Of a DNA stretch of 64,000 nt, positions 39,845 through 54,341 are shown one piece after another. The position numbers and the translations under genes are program-made. Position 1 is the first letter of the stretch; each line of letters starts with the position of its first letter. Source of the DNA: Eledone cirrhosa (Eukaryota); NCBI GenBank assembly GCA_964016885.1, contig OZ024740.1:235352001-235416000 (forward strand). Reading direction: 5' to 3'. The notes beneath the pieces are model-generated. The model did no database searches and was not told the origin of the DNA. It saw only the letters and a list, made by a program, of their open reading frames with translations.

Positions 39845-42141
39845 TTAAATAGTACCAGGCCATTTCTGTGGTTCATTTAATCTAATATACCCTTCCTACA
39901 AAATTTGTTTGCATGAACTTATGTTAGAAATTGTCATTATTACGATCTTTATAATTCATGGTTTGTGAAATAAGGCATCAAGAGTTTTCTTGCAACAAGA
40001 ATTTGGTACCTTCTGGAGAACAGGCAAAAGAGTACTGAGCTGTAGGTCATAAACAAACAGCACTGGCTACCCAGGTAGTGTCAATGTGAAGTAAGGACAT
40101 ACATGAAGACAAACACACACAGTTTCCATCTACCAATTTCATTTACAAGGCATTGGTTAATCCAAGGTAACACTTAGTGGGATTGAACCCAAAGCCATGT
40201 AGTTATGAAGCAAACTTCTTAATCACTCTGCCAGATAAAATGTCTTGCAATATTTAGTTACATCTCTTTATGGTTTCGGTTCAAATCCCTCAAGGTGGTG
40301 CTGTCAACTTTGTAATCTTTATCTATGGGTTCAATAAATTAAGAACCAGTTAAGTACTGAGGGTTGAGTTAACTGGCTATGACTTTGTGCCACTCTGAAA
40401 ATTATTTTTTGGTTAGAATACATGGGCGTGAAGAGAACTGCACAGTGTGTGTGTGTGTGTTACTCATGTAGAAAGGGTTCTCAGAGCCTGGTTGTGGTGG
40501 TGGTAGGGGACACTTTTGGCACACCCACCTTAATTTAGAGGCATGATGATATGCCAGAAGAAATTTTACACCCTTTCATAACCCCATCTTGCTATTTGTG
40601 TGTGTATGTGTCCATTCTCTGGCATGGAAGATTATATTTGATACTTGGTGTGGAGACAATAGATGGAGAGATATGCTGGAGCATACATGAAAGTGTAAGA
40701 CTATGTAACATTTGGCATCATGCCTTTGCTGTATTTAGCTATGTTTCTTTATATTTTGAGGTCAGCTATACATCTCATCTTTCCAGGATGATGAAATACA
40801 GAACCAATGAAGTAATGAGGCTAATTTGATGTTTGAAAAGCTTGTGTGTTGTTATTGTTGTTTAGCTCCAGTCCATTGCAGGAGTTTGGTGCAATTATTA
40901 GAGTATTGGACAAGATGCTTTGTGGTGTCTGTTCCAACACTTTGCATTCTGAGTTCAAATTCCAACTGTAGGCCAGCGATAATCACCCAACAACTGAACC
41001 ACAACTAATTATGAAAGCTGAAGTGGGTGGATGAGGATTCGGACTGTCTGCTACTGCAGTCAATCAATGAAGATGATGTATATCAGTATTCATTCCTCAT
41101 TTCTGAGTATTTCATTTTTCTTTTCCTTTCTTATTTGTCACTCTAGTAATTCTGATTACTGTGAAAAGCAATCCTTTCATGATACAAGCTGCATCTGACA
41201 CATGAAGGTAGATGTGGTTGGAATTAGTGGATTTTTTCATCTTTCATTTTTTTCAATGATTAAACAGTTCTGCAGCAATCAAGATAGTTTGTCACCAGAA
41301 CTTGTGATTCTCAGCTCGTTTTTTCCCTAGTTTTCTGGTTTATATTAGCTTTTCATCATTGTATGTTTGCATTGATCTTTGTAACATTGTAATAATTATA
41401 TTATGTATCTAATAGCACATTATTTAATGTAGAGTTAGACATAACCTTTTTTAGAGTCAATAGGGCATGATTTATGTGGTTACTTCAGGGCTTCCTTATG
41501 TGGCTGAGTTATAAATAATTGGCAAAAATGGCAGAGCAATGGATCATATTCATGGTGGTATGTAGTTATGTCTCATTACGTTCTGAATTTAAATTTTTCT
41601 GAGGTCACCTTTGCCTTTCATCTGTCTAGAATTGATATAAAGTTCCAAATAAGTAGTATGGTTGACTATAAAAAAATACCTGTTAAGTACTATGGTGGAC
41701 TACAGGCTTTACTTGTAGGTTGGGCACATTGAAAATTGTCATTTGTAGCTGTAGTAGTGATGGTGGTAGTGATTGCAGTGGTGATGGTGATATTGGTGAT
41801 GGTGATGGTGGTGGTAGTAGTAGTAAAAGTAGATGTATTAGTGGTTGTTGTCAGTGACACTGAAAACTGATTCCCAGGTATAAAAGCTGTCCATAAAAAA
41901 GATACTGACTAGCAGGTAAATGGCATGCCCTTTGTGGTCTCCAATATACTGTTGATTGATCATCTACCATAGATATACATAAATACATACCGCTTCCTCC
42001 ATATAAGATGACAGTAATTCAAAGTTATTGTCACCTTTTAAAAAATATATACTTAACTGTATATCATGCATTGAATTATTTAGTTAGTGTTTTATATATA
42101 ATTAATATTAACAACTCTTCCATTGTAGAGTTAATTTAGTC

Positions 42142-42282
42142 CAGGCATGTCAAGGCCCGCACGAGCATGTTTTATCTTCGTAAAATTAGTTGTAATGTGC
42201 ACAATTAGTTGTCATGTGTGGCCCTCAATCAACACATATGTGACTTATGTGGCCCTCGGGGAGCCTCATTTTGACATGCCTG
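42142..42282. mobile_element. hAT-superfamily MITE
   Basis: 12-bp TIR CAGGCATGTCAA / TTGACATGCCTG, 8-bp TSD ATTTAGTC / ATTTAGAC, subterminal TGTGGCCCTC repeats. Confidence 0.85.
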
Positions 42283-42347
42283 ATTTAGACGTTTTTTTTG
42301 GCTGTTATTTCTAGCGTCATTATAAGCCTGTCACATTGTCCTAATAT

Positions 42348-42688
42348 ATCATCATCATCATTTCATTTTACGTCCGCTTTTTCCCTGCTTGCAAGGGTGG
42401 GACGGGAACTGATTTGGCTTGATTTCTACAGCTGGATGCCCTTCCTAACACCAACCTCATTTACAGTGAGTGCTGGGTGCTTTTTTGCCGTGGAACCTCC
42501 ACGACCACTTTGCAGTGGAATGATATGGACCCCAGTCCCTATCATCTCATTTCTACAGCTGAGTAAACTGGAGCAATGTGAAATAAAGTGTCTTGCTCAA
42601 GGAAACAACACATCACCCGGTCTGAGAATTGAACTCACAACCTTTCGATTGCAAGGCCAATGTTCTAACCACTAAGCCATGTGCCTCC
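42348..42688 (-). mobile_element. Full-length tRNA-head SINE with chimeric RTE tail
   Basis: Near-identical to 27838-28170. Confidence 0.9.
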
Positions 42689-42999
42689 ATATATAGAGAG
42701 ATTTGTTCATTTAGTAGTTCAATAAAGAATACTCTCCTGACGATAAAACAAATTCTTACAGAATTGGTTATTCCAATGATTTGAAATGCCTGGTGCTGTT
42801 TCTTCCATTTTTGAAACCAAGGTATGGAGACGTTTATATAAGCGAGAATTTCTTATTTTAGTCTGTCTGATTTATATTTCCCTACATAGAGTTTTTATTT
42901 GGCATAAGTTTAATATGTAAAATTGGTTCTTTGAGTGATATCTTACCTATATTTTATCCATTCATTGAGATATCTAAGTATTAGACAAATAACCTTTTA

Positions 43000-43052
<53 letters not shown>

Positions 43053-43057
<5 letters not shown>

Positions 43058-43101
43058 TCATCATCATTTTACGTCCGCTTTTCCCTGCTTGCAAGGGTGG
43101 G
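43053..43101 (-). mobile_element. About 50-bp extreme 5'-truncated family C or SINE tail
   Basis: (CAT)n-TTTACGTCCGCTTTTCCCTGCTTGCAAGGGTGGG directly after (TA)n. Similar stub at 48075-48118 on the plus strand. Confidence 0.75.
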
Positions 43102-43256
43102 ATGATATATAGTTTAATGGTTTGTAACTTCACATTACTATTGGTTCACCAACTTGAGCACTCAATGCCTAAGTGGATCAGTTTTAGTATAGTATTTAGT
43201 GTTGTACATTTTGTGTTATACTATGGTTGGTCTCCTTTATAAGCAGAGTGTTAATG

Positions 43257-43408
43257 ATAATTGTTTCTACTTTTGGCACAAGACCAGCAATTATCTCAGT
43301 ACATTACTGGTACTTTATTTTATCGAACCTGTAAGGATGAAAGGCAAAGTTAACCTCGGCGGGATTTGAACTCAGACCGTAAAGGGCCATAACTATGCTA
43401 CAAAGCAT
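43257..43408 (-). mobile_element. Nin/Deu-like SINE, 5'-truncated
   Basis: Same family motifs. Confidence 0.8.
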
Positions 43409-43512
43409 AATAATAAGAACGAGGTGTCAAATTATCATCGTTAAGTTTATCCAGGTGAATAAACTTAATGAGAATAGACTTTCATACCTTGTACTTACTC
43501 ATTATTATTATT

Positions 43513-43699
43513 TTGGCAGTATCGGTAGAGGGTCGGACGCCATGCTTTGACACATAGAGTTACGGCCCTTGCCATTCTGAGTTCAAATCTCGCCGAGGTT
43601 AACTTTGCCTTTCATCCTTACGAGGTCGATAAAATAAAGTACCAGTAATGTACTGGGTAATTGCTGGCCTTGTGCCAATAGTAGAAACTATTATTATTA
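43513..43699 (+). mobile_element. Nin/Deu-like SINE, near full length
   Basis: A-box-like TGGCAGTATCGG, B box GAGTTCAAATC, central TTTGCCTTTCATCCTTACGAGGTCGATAAAATAAAGTACCAG, (ATT)n tail inside ATT repeats. Confidence 0.82.
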
Positions 43700-43914
43700 A
43701 TATATATATATATATATATTGTTATATTTGGGGAGGGTCATATTGTTATAATATTGCCAGAAATAATAATAAAACACACTCACTGTTTGGTTTGGATTGG
43801 TTTTTGCTTCTGTATATTTTATATCTCTATAGTTAATTTAGCTGGCAATCAATGTTTATCATTGATTGACCAATGGTTAAAAAAAATATATATATATATA
43901 TATATATAGTTTAT

Positions 43915-44320
43915 CATGTCTTGCTCATATAGATCTGTTTTTGGTGTGGCTTTCTATCGTTGAATGCCCTATCCTAATGCCAATCATATTACAGTGTCTA
44001 CTTAGAGCTTTCCTCGTGGCACCGCCACTTCCACTTTACAGGATGTGGTGGGTGTTTTTTTGTTATGGTACTAGTATGACCACCTTACAGGATGGACTGG
44101 ATGCTTCTTATATGTGGCACCATCACAACCACCTTACAGGGTGGACTGGATGCTTCTTATATGTGGTACCATCACAACCACCTTACAGGATGGACTGGAT
44201 GCTTCTTATATGTGGCACCATCACAACCACCTTACAGGGTGGACTGGATGCTTTTTCTGTTGTGGCACCAGCACAACCACCTTACTTGGTATTTCTTGTT
44301 GTGGCACCAGTACTGTGGGG
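43915..44320 (-). repeat. RTE family A-like 3' UTR with the 49-bp unit expanded to about 6 tandem copies
   Basis: ACCTTACAGG.TGGACTGGATGCTT... starts at 44082, 44131, 44180, 44229. Unit resembles 61674-61722. Confidence 0.8.
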
Positions 44321-45337
44321 GAGCAAGTGTGGAGTATATGCAGCTTTCCATGCATGCATGGATTGGACAGGAAAAGGGTATCACAGTTGTGTATCATTAG
44401 ACATCTACTTCTCCCTATGCCCACCTGGGTTGGACAGGAGTCAATATCAAGTTTATACATTCCATACTTGATTTAGCTTGGGTCTCCATAACTGGATACC
44501 CTTCCTAATCCTAACTAGGTATTTTGTGGTTCTTCCATGTTGGCAATAGATGGATGGTGGAGTATCCATCTTTATATATTGGTATGGTTTGGGCTGGGCT
44601 AAGAGGGAGGGGAATGATGGTGGGGATGGGACTGTCTTTCCGTGCTGGAAGGATTTGGATGAGGCGAGGAGGCAGTCTGTCTTTCATGTATGAGTGTACA
44701 TTTATAAGTGCACACACGCACACACACACATATATATATATGAGCATGCACACACATGTGTGTGTGTGTGTGTGTGAATGTTTGTGTATTGGTCAGAGCT
44801 ATGTACAGCTGTGCTACATATCTAACACCAAATATGTATTTGTGTTTTAGACCTATTAAAATCATGACAACACATACACTAGCAGCTCACACATTTCATA
44901 CATATGATTGTATGTGTGTTTTGTGTATTCACAATTATGTATGAGGCTTTGTATGTATGTATGTATGTGGAGTATATATGAATCTCCTATGCATAGTTTT
45001 GTAGTTGTATTACATACACTATGATTGCTGATAGACGTATTATGACTGATTCCGCTATACACAAAAAAACTAACCAAGTGAACTTCTACATACAACTGAC
45101 TGCATGTGCACACACACACACTCTCTCGGTCTCACCACACATCCTTACAGTATGCTCAAACAAAGAAGCCTGGTTGCTAAATGGCTTCACTGTTGCTAAC
45201 CATAAAACAGGATTTTAAAGGAAAGCTTTGGCTTGTTCCTATGTCCAATAAACACCTTCTCCTACTCTTTATAATCACATATCTCATAACCATAACAGAC
45301 CTGTAGTCTTTTTTAGGTGTTGTCATCACCATATTAA

Positions 45338-45545
45338 CCCTTTAGCATTTACGTTACTCTATATATACTATTGTATTTTCATGGTAAAGGCTTTATCTCA
45401 CATAATATCGAATCTATGAGATTTTTATATTATATATTTTTAGAACAGTAACTTAACATTAGTATCTGTGGCCAGTTATGGTTGGTTTAAAAAGAAAGAA
45501 GTGAGAGAATTCTGGCCGGATATGGCCAGTTTAAATACTAAAGGG
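45338..45545. mobile_element. TTAA-flanked MITE (family of 6331-6541, opposite orientation)
   Basis: TTAA-CCCTTTAGCATTTAC ... TTTAAATACTAAAGGG. Confidence 0.78.
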
Positions 45546-45559
45546 TTTACCAATGAATT

Positions 45560-45955
45560 GGTAACATTGTTAGGGTAACAAATTAAATCCTTTGCAGTAT
45601 CTGTTCTGTCTCTCTGTGCTTTGAGTTCCAATGCCACTGAGGTCAACTTTGCCTTTCAATCTTTCATGGTCAATAAATAAGGAACTGATCCAGTGGGGTG
45701 GATTAATGGAATACTAGAGTTGGAGGATATGCCTTGCAATATTACTGTGGTTTCTGAGTTCAAATCCCCCCCCCCCCCTCCCCCGCCCCCCAAACAAAAA
45801 AACAAGTGTTTCATCACCCTGGATTAGTGCATAGTTTATCAATCAATCTTGAAAGGATGAAAGGCAAAGTTGACCTTGGTAGGGTTTGAACTCAAAGTGT
45901 AGAGAGCTGAAACAAATATCATAGGGCCTTTAACAACTTTGCCATTTCACCACCT
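45560..45955. mobile_element. Degenerate Nin/Deu-like SINE remnants in both orientations
   Basis: GAGGTCAACTTTGCCTTTC (plus) and GGATGAAAGGCAAAGTTGACCTTGG..TTTGAACTC (minus). Confidence 0.55.
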
Positions 45956-47219
45956 TCACAAAGGAATGGAGTGTTGCAGTATCTGTATAGGAGCTTCTGG
46001 ATAATTAACTGGAGGTTATTCATTGATGCAGATGAGCAATAAATATTATGCACTAATTGCATCTTGGACAAGTATCTTCATCAATAGCCTGGAGTTGGCT
46101 CAAGTCTTGTGAGAAAAATTGGATTGTTGTTTAATTACAGGATAGACCTGAATTCAGCAAACTTTTGGCCAAAAGGGTTTCTCCCATAACTATACCATAT
46201 TTTTTCCTAGGCATTGTGTTCTTAATGTTTATGTAATATAGTCTTAGATATTTTCTTTTAATGAGAGGGTAGAGATTGATTAAAAGTAAATTTGGCTACT
46301 GTTGCTAGCAGGTCAAGCGACCAAGTACAGGTCCTCTGTTGGTTTGTAGTAGAAGTAGCAGCTGCAGATGGATTGTAGCTATAATTTGAAGGTCTAGTCT
46401 ATTTGAGAAATACTAACCTGACCAAAACCCAGCTTTGGCTCTATGAAACTAAATTATCCATTTTAAAGGGTTCCTATTCTAATTAAAATCTTCCAATTTT
46501 ATTCAAGAATCAGATGTTAAATTACTATCTTAGTAATGAAATTATTAATAATTTTAGTAAATCCCTCAAAATTCCTCATTAATTAATTGAAATAGAGTGT
46601 ATTTTATTAGAAACAAGCCAAGAAAGGGTTAAGTACAAACGTCTGTAGAATACTGGAATATTTATTCTTTTGTTTCATAGACTGTCACACAGATTCTCTG
46701 TGAAGGTTGCATTTAGAATACATTAAATATCTGTGAAATATTCACCTACTTACTCTATAATGGTTTCTTTTATTGCCTCAACTGATGAGATTAATTCATT
46801 TCATTAGGAAGTGATAGATGTTTTGTGTGGGGTTGGCAATACTACAAAATGTGAAATTAATGGAGTGATGGTTGTAGTTTGATGGGGTGGACACTGGCTG
46901 ATTTGGTACAGTGAATATGGTGTACATATGTGTGTGTGTGTATAGTGTATACAGTGTGTATATCTATTATATAGGTGTATTTAACCATGACTGCCATTGG
47001 TTTGACTTGTGTTATTTATACTTGTATCTTGTCTTGGAAGATAATTTAGTTATATTTCAAAGGGCTTGTGATAGGGTAGGGGAGAAGGTTGAGTCTGTGC
47101 GGTGGTGGCTGTGGTGATGGCTGTGCTGGTAGTCCCATGAAGGCAGAGGATTTTGTATTGAGCTGAATGTGTAAGCATGTGTGTAAATGTATGTACATAC
47201 ACATACAGGTACGATTTAC

Positions 47220-47427
47220 CCCTTTAGCATTTAAACTGGCCGTATCTGGCCAGGATTCTCTCACCTCTTTCTGTTCAAATCGGGTGTAACCGGCCACTGA
47301 TACTGATGTTAAGGTATTGTTCTAAAAATAAATAACATCAAAATCTGATAGATTCGATATTATGTGAGATAAAGCCTTTACCATGAAAATATAATAGTAA
47401 ATATGGAGTAATGTAAATGCTAAAGGG
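47220..47427. mobile_element. TTAA-flanked MITE
   Basis: CCCTTTAGCATTTA ... TAAATGCTAAAGGG-TTAA. Confidence 0.8.
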
Positions 47428-47490
47428 TTAAAGACCCCCCAGTCAACTAAGATATTTAAAACTATATACATACATATATGTGTGTGTATG

Positions 47491-47524
<34 letters not shown>

Positions 47525-48356
47525 TGTATATATATATAAATATAGAGTAAATTCTCATTAACGCTAATGACTTTTTCTCATTAGTGTTATAGTTTCAGCT
47601 AATTAAAAATTATTTTTGGCTCCCCACCTCAAGTATAGCTGCCTGCACATTATATATATATAATCATCATCACCACTATTTAATGTCTGTTTTCCCTGTT
47701 AGCATGGGTTGGTTGTATTGTCACAGACAAGTCAGAACTCAAGCAGAGCCTCTTTCTTCCAGGTCCAATATATGACTCTGCACTCTACTGAGTGTATGTT
47801 GTCATGGCACTAACACTAGGGAATTATTTCTTCTATGACACAGCTTAATGATCCTCTTGGCTGGATGCCCTGCCTATCAACAACTACTTTACAGAGTATA
47901 CTGGGTGTATTCATCATGTAGATCACCAACACTAGACAGATTGTCGTGTCCCTGACAGAAAGAGTCCTTTATATATTTTACAGGCCTATTCAAGGAATTT
48001 GCTTCATAGTTATGTGATTTCAGGTCCAGTTGCTCTACATGGTACGTTGAACCAAATTTATTCAGATTGGATCATCCCACCCTTGCAAGCAGGGAAAAGC
48101 AGATGTATGATGATGATGGATCAATGCTGTGAGTGAAGTTTGGTAGATGCAAAATGTGCCAAAGCCTGAGCCTGTCGTGTGTGTGTATATATATATACAC
48201 ACACACACACCCATCTATGTATGGGAATGTGTGTATTTTCACTGTATGTGCCCTATAACTTAGCAGCTCAATAAAAAAGGGTTGATTGATGGCAGTGCCC
48301 CAGAATAGCTTCTGTCTAATGAATGAAACCAGTAAAAGAATAAATAAGTATATATA

Positions 48357-48578
48357 CAGGGTATCCCTCCAAAATATATACACACTTCAAATAAAAAAAA
48401 AAAATGCATTAAAATAAATTCTGTTTTATATGCATTATAAATTATGTAAACATTGGGTGTTTACATACAATTGAATTATGTCTGTAGATCATTTTATTTT
48501 TGGGAAAGGCTGTGCATTCTAATAAATATTGTCTGTACAGGTAATCAAGGTGTGTATACATTTTTTTGGAACACCCTG
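48357..48578. mobile_element. Tc1-like MITE (longer form)
   Basis: TA-CAGGGTATCCCTCCAAAATATATACACAC / GTGTGTATACATTTTTTTGGAACACCCTG-TA. Confidence 0.7.
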
Positions 48579-48833
48579 TATTTATGAGTGGAATTTTGTA
48601 GACAGCAGCTCTTTTGTGATTCATCATACGCACGTGCGCATCTGTGTGTGTTTACTGGTGCAAAGCAGTGTGTCAAGTTGTGTCCTTTTATGTGAAAGAG
48701 TATTTTAGCTATAGAATATGTACCAAACTGAAATAAATAATGGAGTCAATATAATTGACTAAAACTCTTGAAGGATAACCATAGTCCAATAACAGCAGCT
48801 CCTCACTTAACAACCATATTGTGTAAATCTTAA

Positions 48834-49049
48834 CCCTTTAGCATTTAAACTGGCCACATCTGGCCAGACTTTTCTCACCTCTTTCTGTTCAAACGGGCCA
48901 TAACTGGCTGCTCATAAGGTATTGTTCTCAAAATAAATAATATCAAAATCTCGCAGATTCAATATTATGTGAGTTTATTATATGAGATAAAGAGTTTACC
49001 GTGAAAATACAATAGTATATATATATAGAGTAATGTAAATGCTAAAATG
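48834..49049. mobile_element. TTAA-flanked MITE
   Basis: TTAA-CCCTTTAGCATTTA ... TAAATGCTAAAATG-TTAA. Confidence 0.78.
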
Positions 49050-49844
49050 TTAATGACCTATATCACACATAACTGCATTAATAAGACATTCTTGAAAAGC
49101 AGAGAACAGCACTAAGGTTGCATCACATTAAAAAATAAGATCTTTAACTTAATTTACTGTAAATTTTCACAATGATCTGTCAACTACTAAAAATACTATA
49201 AACATTTGAATTAACAAACTTGTTTTTAGATATTTTCTACTAGATCCTCATACTTCTGACCATTACCGTATGCCTGACAACACCATGCCTGCTATATGAG
49301 AACGGTGACTAGGAAAATGGCAGTGACTATCAAATCTCTCCATCTATCACCAATCAGCAAATGTTCACTGTATCGATTGTAAGCTGTTCCCCAATTATAA
49401 AACTTGACATCTTTCATTAAAATAATGAAATATTACAGGATGTCAATCAAAAGAAGGAGTACTAAATCACCTGAATTAAACAGCAAGAAGCAAAGAAGGT
49501 TATAGATCAAAAGTTGAAAATGAAGAGATCTTTGAAGAATTTGATGAGTTTTGAGAAATAAAACAAATTTGCAGTTACAAAAATAGTGAATCCATTAAAC
49601 CTTTACTAATTCCTTTATTCAGATAATTCATTTAATATAACTGATACGGCAACTTTACATGCTTTTATAGTCTTTATCACCTGTTGAGTGACATTAAAAC
49701 AAAATCTGAAGATATTTTTGAACCCAGCCATTAAGTGAAGAGTTTGTTTACCAATCTGTTTACTTTACAACGGTTCACCAGCTCAGTGGAATGCAACCTG
49801 GTCATTGGGTGAGGTGTGGTTGTATATATAGATGGTGATGATAT

Positions 49845-50550
49845 ATGAGGTGTGTCAAAGAACAGGACTTAGTGTGCTGTGTGAGCTATGAGTTAGGTAG
49901 GGATTAGTGTGTTGCATCGCCATATGATGTAATATCCAAGGAGGATGTAACTGTAAGCTCAGCTCTTTGCAGCCATTGTATGTTTTTTTCACATGCTTTT
50001 GTTAAGAGCCTCTCAACTTTAGGGTGTCAAGCAATGAGCACAGAGCAATAAACCAACCTGAGGTTTCTGGTGCAGCTAGGGAAGACTCTATCAGAAACAC
50101 TCGGACTATTGCAGCAAGTGTACAGAGATGAGACAATGTTACACTCACAGATTTTCAAGTGACACAAAAGGTTCAAAGAGGGACGTGAGGATGTGGAAGA
50201 CGACCCCATGAGTGGAAGGCCTTCAACGAATAGGACTGAGGCCAGTGTTGAGTGCATGAGGCAGGTGGTACATGGTAATCGTCAGCTGACTGTTAGACTG
50301 ATCACAAGTGAGCTGGGCTTGAACTGCAACTGCATTTGGAAGATTATCACTGAAGATTTGAGCATGCAGATGTATCAGGACATCCTACTCACCCAACCTG
50401 GCCCTTGAGCTGCAGAGAATTCTTCTAGGAGTGCATGGAGCAGAAGGATGGGAAAGTGTATTCGACTTAAGGGGGATTATTTCAAAGGGGAAAATTTGTA
50501 GTTTGGATTTGAAATAATTTTTTTGTGACCCCGGTCTTTCTCACTCGCTT
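49845..50550 (+). pseudogene. Internally deleted mariner transposon
   Basis: From 50034: MSTEQ*TNLRFLVQLGKTLSETLGLLQQVY...KRFKEGREDVEDDPMSGRPST...RQLTVRLITSELGL, and C-terminus RRMGKCIRLKGDYFKGENL*. Catalytic domain missing. Confidence 0.88.
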
Positions 50551-53500
50551 TGTACAGTGTCGCTATAAATAGTGGAACTGATTTTTAAGGTTCAACATGT
50601 AACATTTAGAAAGTATCCATGTTTCTACAATGGTGTATATATATATTTCATATATATATATATATTTCTAATTAAAGATGCTGTCTATAATTTGAAAATA
50701 ATCAATAATTTGGAAGGATTTAATAATATAACTAAAATTCTCATTATCAAACTGGTGTTTGGAACATAATAATGTTTCTTACATAAAATTATGATGAAAG
50801 ATTTTTAGATAAATATAAAATCTTTAAAATAATTAGTTTTGTACATTAAAACTGAGCTGGTTTCAGGCTGTTTGGTATTAGAAGGGTTAAACAGACACTA
50901 TGAAATGATTTTGAAAATATCTAATATACACACAATATTTATTTGGAAGACAACAGACACTGATAAGCTATGAAATGAAATGGAAGACAACCTATTATAG
51001 ACACAACATTTACATTGTATCATTCATATGTTAATTAACTGGTAAATCTTTTGAATTGAATGTGATATATATATATTAATGATATATATATATATTTTTT
51101 AGAATCCACAGTTCAGTGAGGCGGATAATGTAGTTCATTTACTGGGACTGTGCATTCAAGTCCAACCATGTGCACTGTTTTTAATATGAAAATGATGAAG
51201 TAGTACAGCATATTAAACTTTGTTAAAGCCTCACTCATATAGTTTTATTAGAGCAGAATAATATTACAGATAGCTTATGTTTTTGATTTCTAATCTACAC
51301 GGAAGCAGATTTTTAGCCTACATAGAGGCAGAGTTGATTAATAATGCATGATTAGGATCAAAGGTTTTAATTTCATGGATCAAATTGCCTCAGTGATTCT
51401 GATTTACTTTTTGTTTTAGAGATCAGTTTCCAATGTTTAACATTTTCCATAACAATAAACAAGTTTCAAGGACAAACAGTCAAGAAAATGGCATTATTTT
51501 TTTCATGAACTGATATTTTCTAATGCATAATTGTATGTAGCTCTTTCTAGAAGACATTCACTTTTCGATATAAAGGTGAAAATAATAGATAATTGTCAAG
51601 GTAAAAGAGATGGCAAGCATATAAAAAAATAATTTTGTTTTCAAAGCTTTTCTCTTCTAAGGTTGCACCTTTTGTACTAAATATTAGATCTCACACGTCT
51701 CAAATATGTAGATCTCTCACATTTCAAAAAGTTCAAAACAAATTACGTATTTCATGTTTTTTTTTATAAACTTATAGCTTTAACTTTTTTGTACCATTTT
51801 TCTAATGAAAGACATTGCCTATAATTTCCAAATCATTTTGAACATATGAATTTTAGTGATTTAGTAAAATAACTAACTTTTCCATTAAGTTGATGTTTGG
51901 AGCATGACTTAACAAAGGCTCTTACATAGAATTATGATGTAAGATTTTTAAATAAATATAAACTGTTTCATGGAACCAGACTGGTTTAGTATGAAAAAGG
52001 TTTTTAAAAATAACTGGAATTTCTGCTAGTTATCATAAATTAAAGGTAGAGGGGCAAATATAAAGATACTTTATGGCAGCATATTGGTGAGCTGAAATAG
52101 TTATCTTTCACAATATCTTCATATTCCAGTAAAAAATCGTTTTATTTCATGCAAAGTCACCACCACCACATAATTATTTCTAGTTATTGGTTAATGTAAT
52201 TTTTTTCCCACAGCATTCCCACATATATTCATGGTTGGCTTTTTAATGGTTCATGCATTAAATAAGTCAACACTGACTTAAGTATTGCTTTTCTTGTGGA
52301 TGTCATCTCTACATTATTTAATTTCTAAACAATTCTATTTAATATTCATCTATTTACTTGTGTATCCAATTTAGAATGGGTAAACCGTATCATTGTGTGT
52401 CATAAGAAGTGACTAAAAGAGTTAGTGACAGGAATGCATCTGTCTAAAACATTGCCTCAAAAAATCCCAAGCAATGCCTGCATGGAAAAGTTGATGATGA
52501 TAATGATGAATCATGCATTTTGCGAACAATAGTGTCATTGGCTATAGGTTTCTTATGGGCCAATTATTATATCATAGTATTGCTGACAGTGAGACTGACA
52601 AGGGAGTGCCTTAAACTCTGCTAGAATAACTACCACAAATTAATTTTGTTTAAATCCACCAGTTTATTAGGTTTTCTTTCTCAACAAGATATCAGCAGAA
52701 GACACACACACACACACACACATACACACACAGCTATCTGGCAGAGTCTTTAGAGCACAGGAGAAAATGGCCTGAAATATTTGTTCTGGGTTTCTGCACT
52801 CTGGGTTCATATCCTGCCAAGGTCAGCTTTACCTTTCATTCTTTCTTAGTTTATAAGATAAAGTATGACTTCAGGGCGCTGGATTGGCAAAATTGTTAGT
52901 GTGTGAGACAGTATGGTATTTGTGATACTTGTACCAATTCTTTGTATTCTGAGTTCTTAAATGGTTGACTTAATCAATTGCCTAGTTCATAACCACTACC
53001 TGATCCTGGGGGTGAGGGTGGGGAGGGCTTTAATGAAAGTATTTGGATTAGGTCTCCAGTTTAAGAAGAACTTCTTTTCTTCTTATCTCAGAGGCCCTGA
53101 AAAAATAAAAAAGTCATAGGCATTGCTCTTCCCACCCTAAGTTGTAACTAAAATATACACTGGACACACATTTTCTGTCTATCTAAATTTACTGACAAGA
53201 CATCGTCAGCCTAAGTCTAGGGCTGAAGATATTTACCCAAGATTCCACATAGGGATATTGAATGCAAAACCATATACCTGTAAGGCAAACTTCTAAACAA
53301 CATGTTCATTTACCTACTCTGTCAACTTTAGTTGTGTTCATTTACTTTGTGGTTCATTCATCACTTTTTCAATATGTATGGTGGAGGCTATGCTTTACTG
53401 ATAAGATCAGAATATCGAAACATATCAGATGTTGCCTCCCTTGCTTGCAAAAAAAAAAAAAAATGATTTAATAACATTGTTTTTTCCCCACCACATGATT

Positions 53501-53640
53501 ATTTCTTGTTAGTTTTTTAATAGTTCATCTATGAAGTATGATAACTCTAACTTATCTTATAAAAATGACTAGGTGGAGAAGAATTAAGAAGAAATCTAAA
53601 TATGCAGACTTCAGTGACATTAAGTTGCTAATAATAATAA

Positions 53641-54055
53641 CAATGATTTCTGATTTAGGCACAAGGCCAACAATTTTGGAGGAGGGGAAAGTCGATTAAA
53701 TCGGCCCCAGTGCATTATTGGTGCTTTATTTTATCACCCCATAAGGATGAAAGGCAAAGCTAATCTTGGCGGGATTTGAACACAGAACGTAAAGGGTCGT
53801 AACTCTATGCTGCAAAGCAGAGTGTCCAGCGCCCTAATAATGATTTCTAGTATAGGCACAAGGCCAGTAATTTGGGAAGGGGGGTGTGTGTGGAAGTCGA
53901 TTAAATCGACCCCAGTACATTACTGGTACTTTATTTTATCGACCCCGTAAGGATGAAAGGCAAAGTTAACCTCGGCGGGATTTGAACTCAGACCATAAAG
54001 GGCCGTAACTCTTTGCTGCAAAAACCCCATACTGATACTGCCAATCCACCGCCCT

Positions 54056-54093
<38 letters not shown>

Positions 54094-54230
54094 TTAGGAA
54101 TGAGACCAGCAATTTGTAGGTGGAGCATCATTGATTACATTGATGCCAATTTTTGACTGGTACTTTATTTTATTGACCCAGAAGGATGAAAAGTGAAGTT
54201 GACCTTGGTATGATTTGAACACAGATCTTA
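53641..54230 (-). mobile_element. Three tandem Nin/Deu-like SINEs interleaved with (AAT)n
   Basis: Copies at about 53641-53835, 53836-54054 and 54094-54230. (AAT)n at 53630 and 54058-54093. Confidence 0.82.
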
Positions 54231-54341
54231 CAGAACTATAATAATTTATAACATAGACACAAGGCAACATATTCTGTGGAAGTGCTACATTCAGTTTAAT
54301 AGGCCACAGTATATAACTGGTAGTTATTTGATTAAATCTAG

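Noticed and set aside
42737-42795. CTGACGA...GAAA hammerhead-like spacing
   Set aside because: Helices I and III cannot be formed convincingly
44082-44285. Regularly spaced repeats resembling a CRISPR array
   Set aside because: Contiguous 49-bp tandem units with no unique spacers, no cas genes, eukaryotic context
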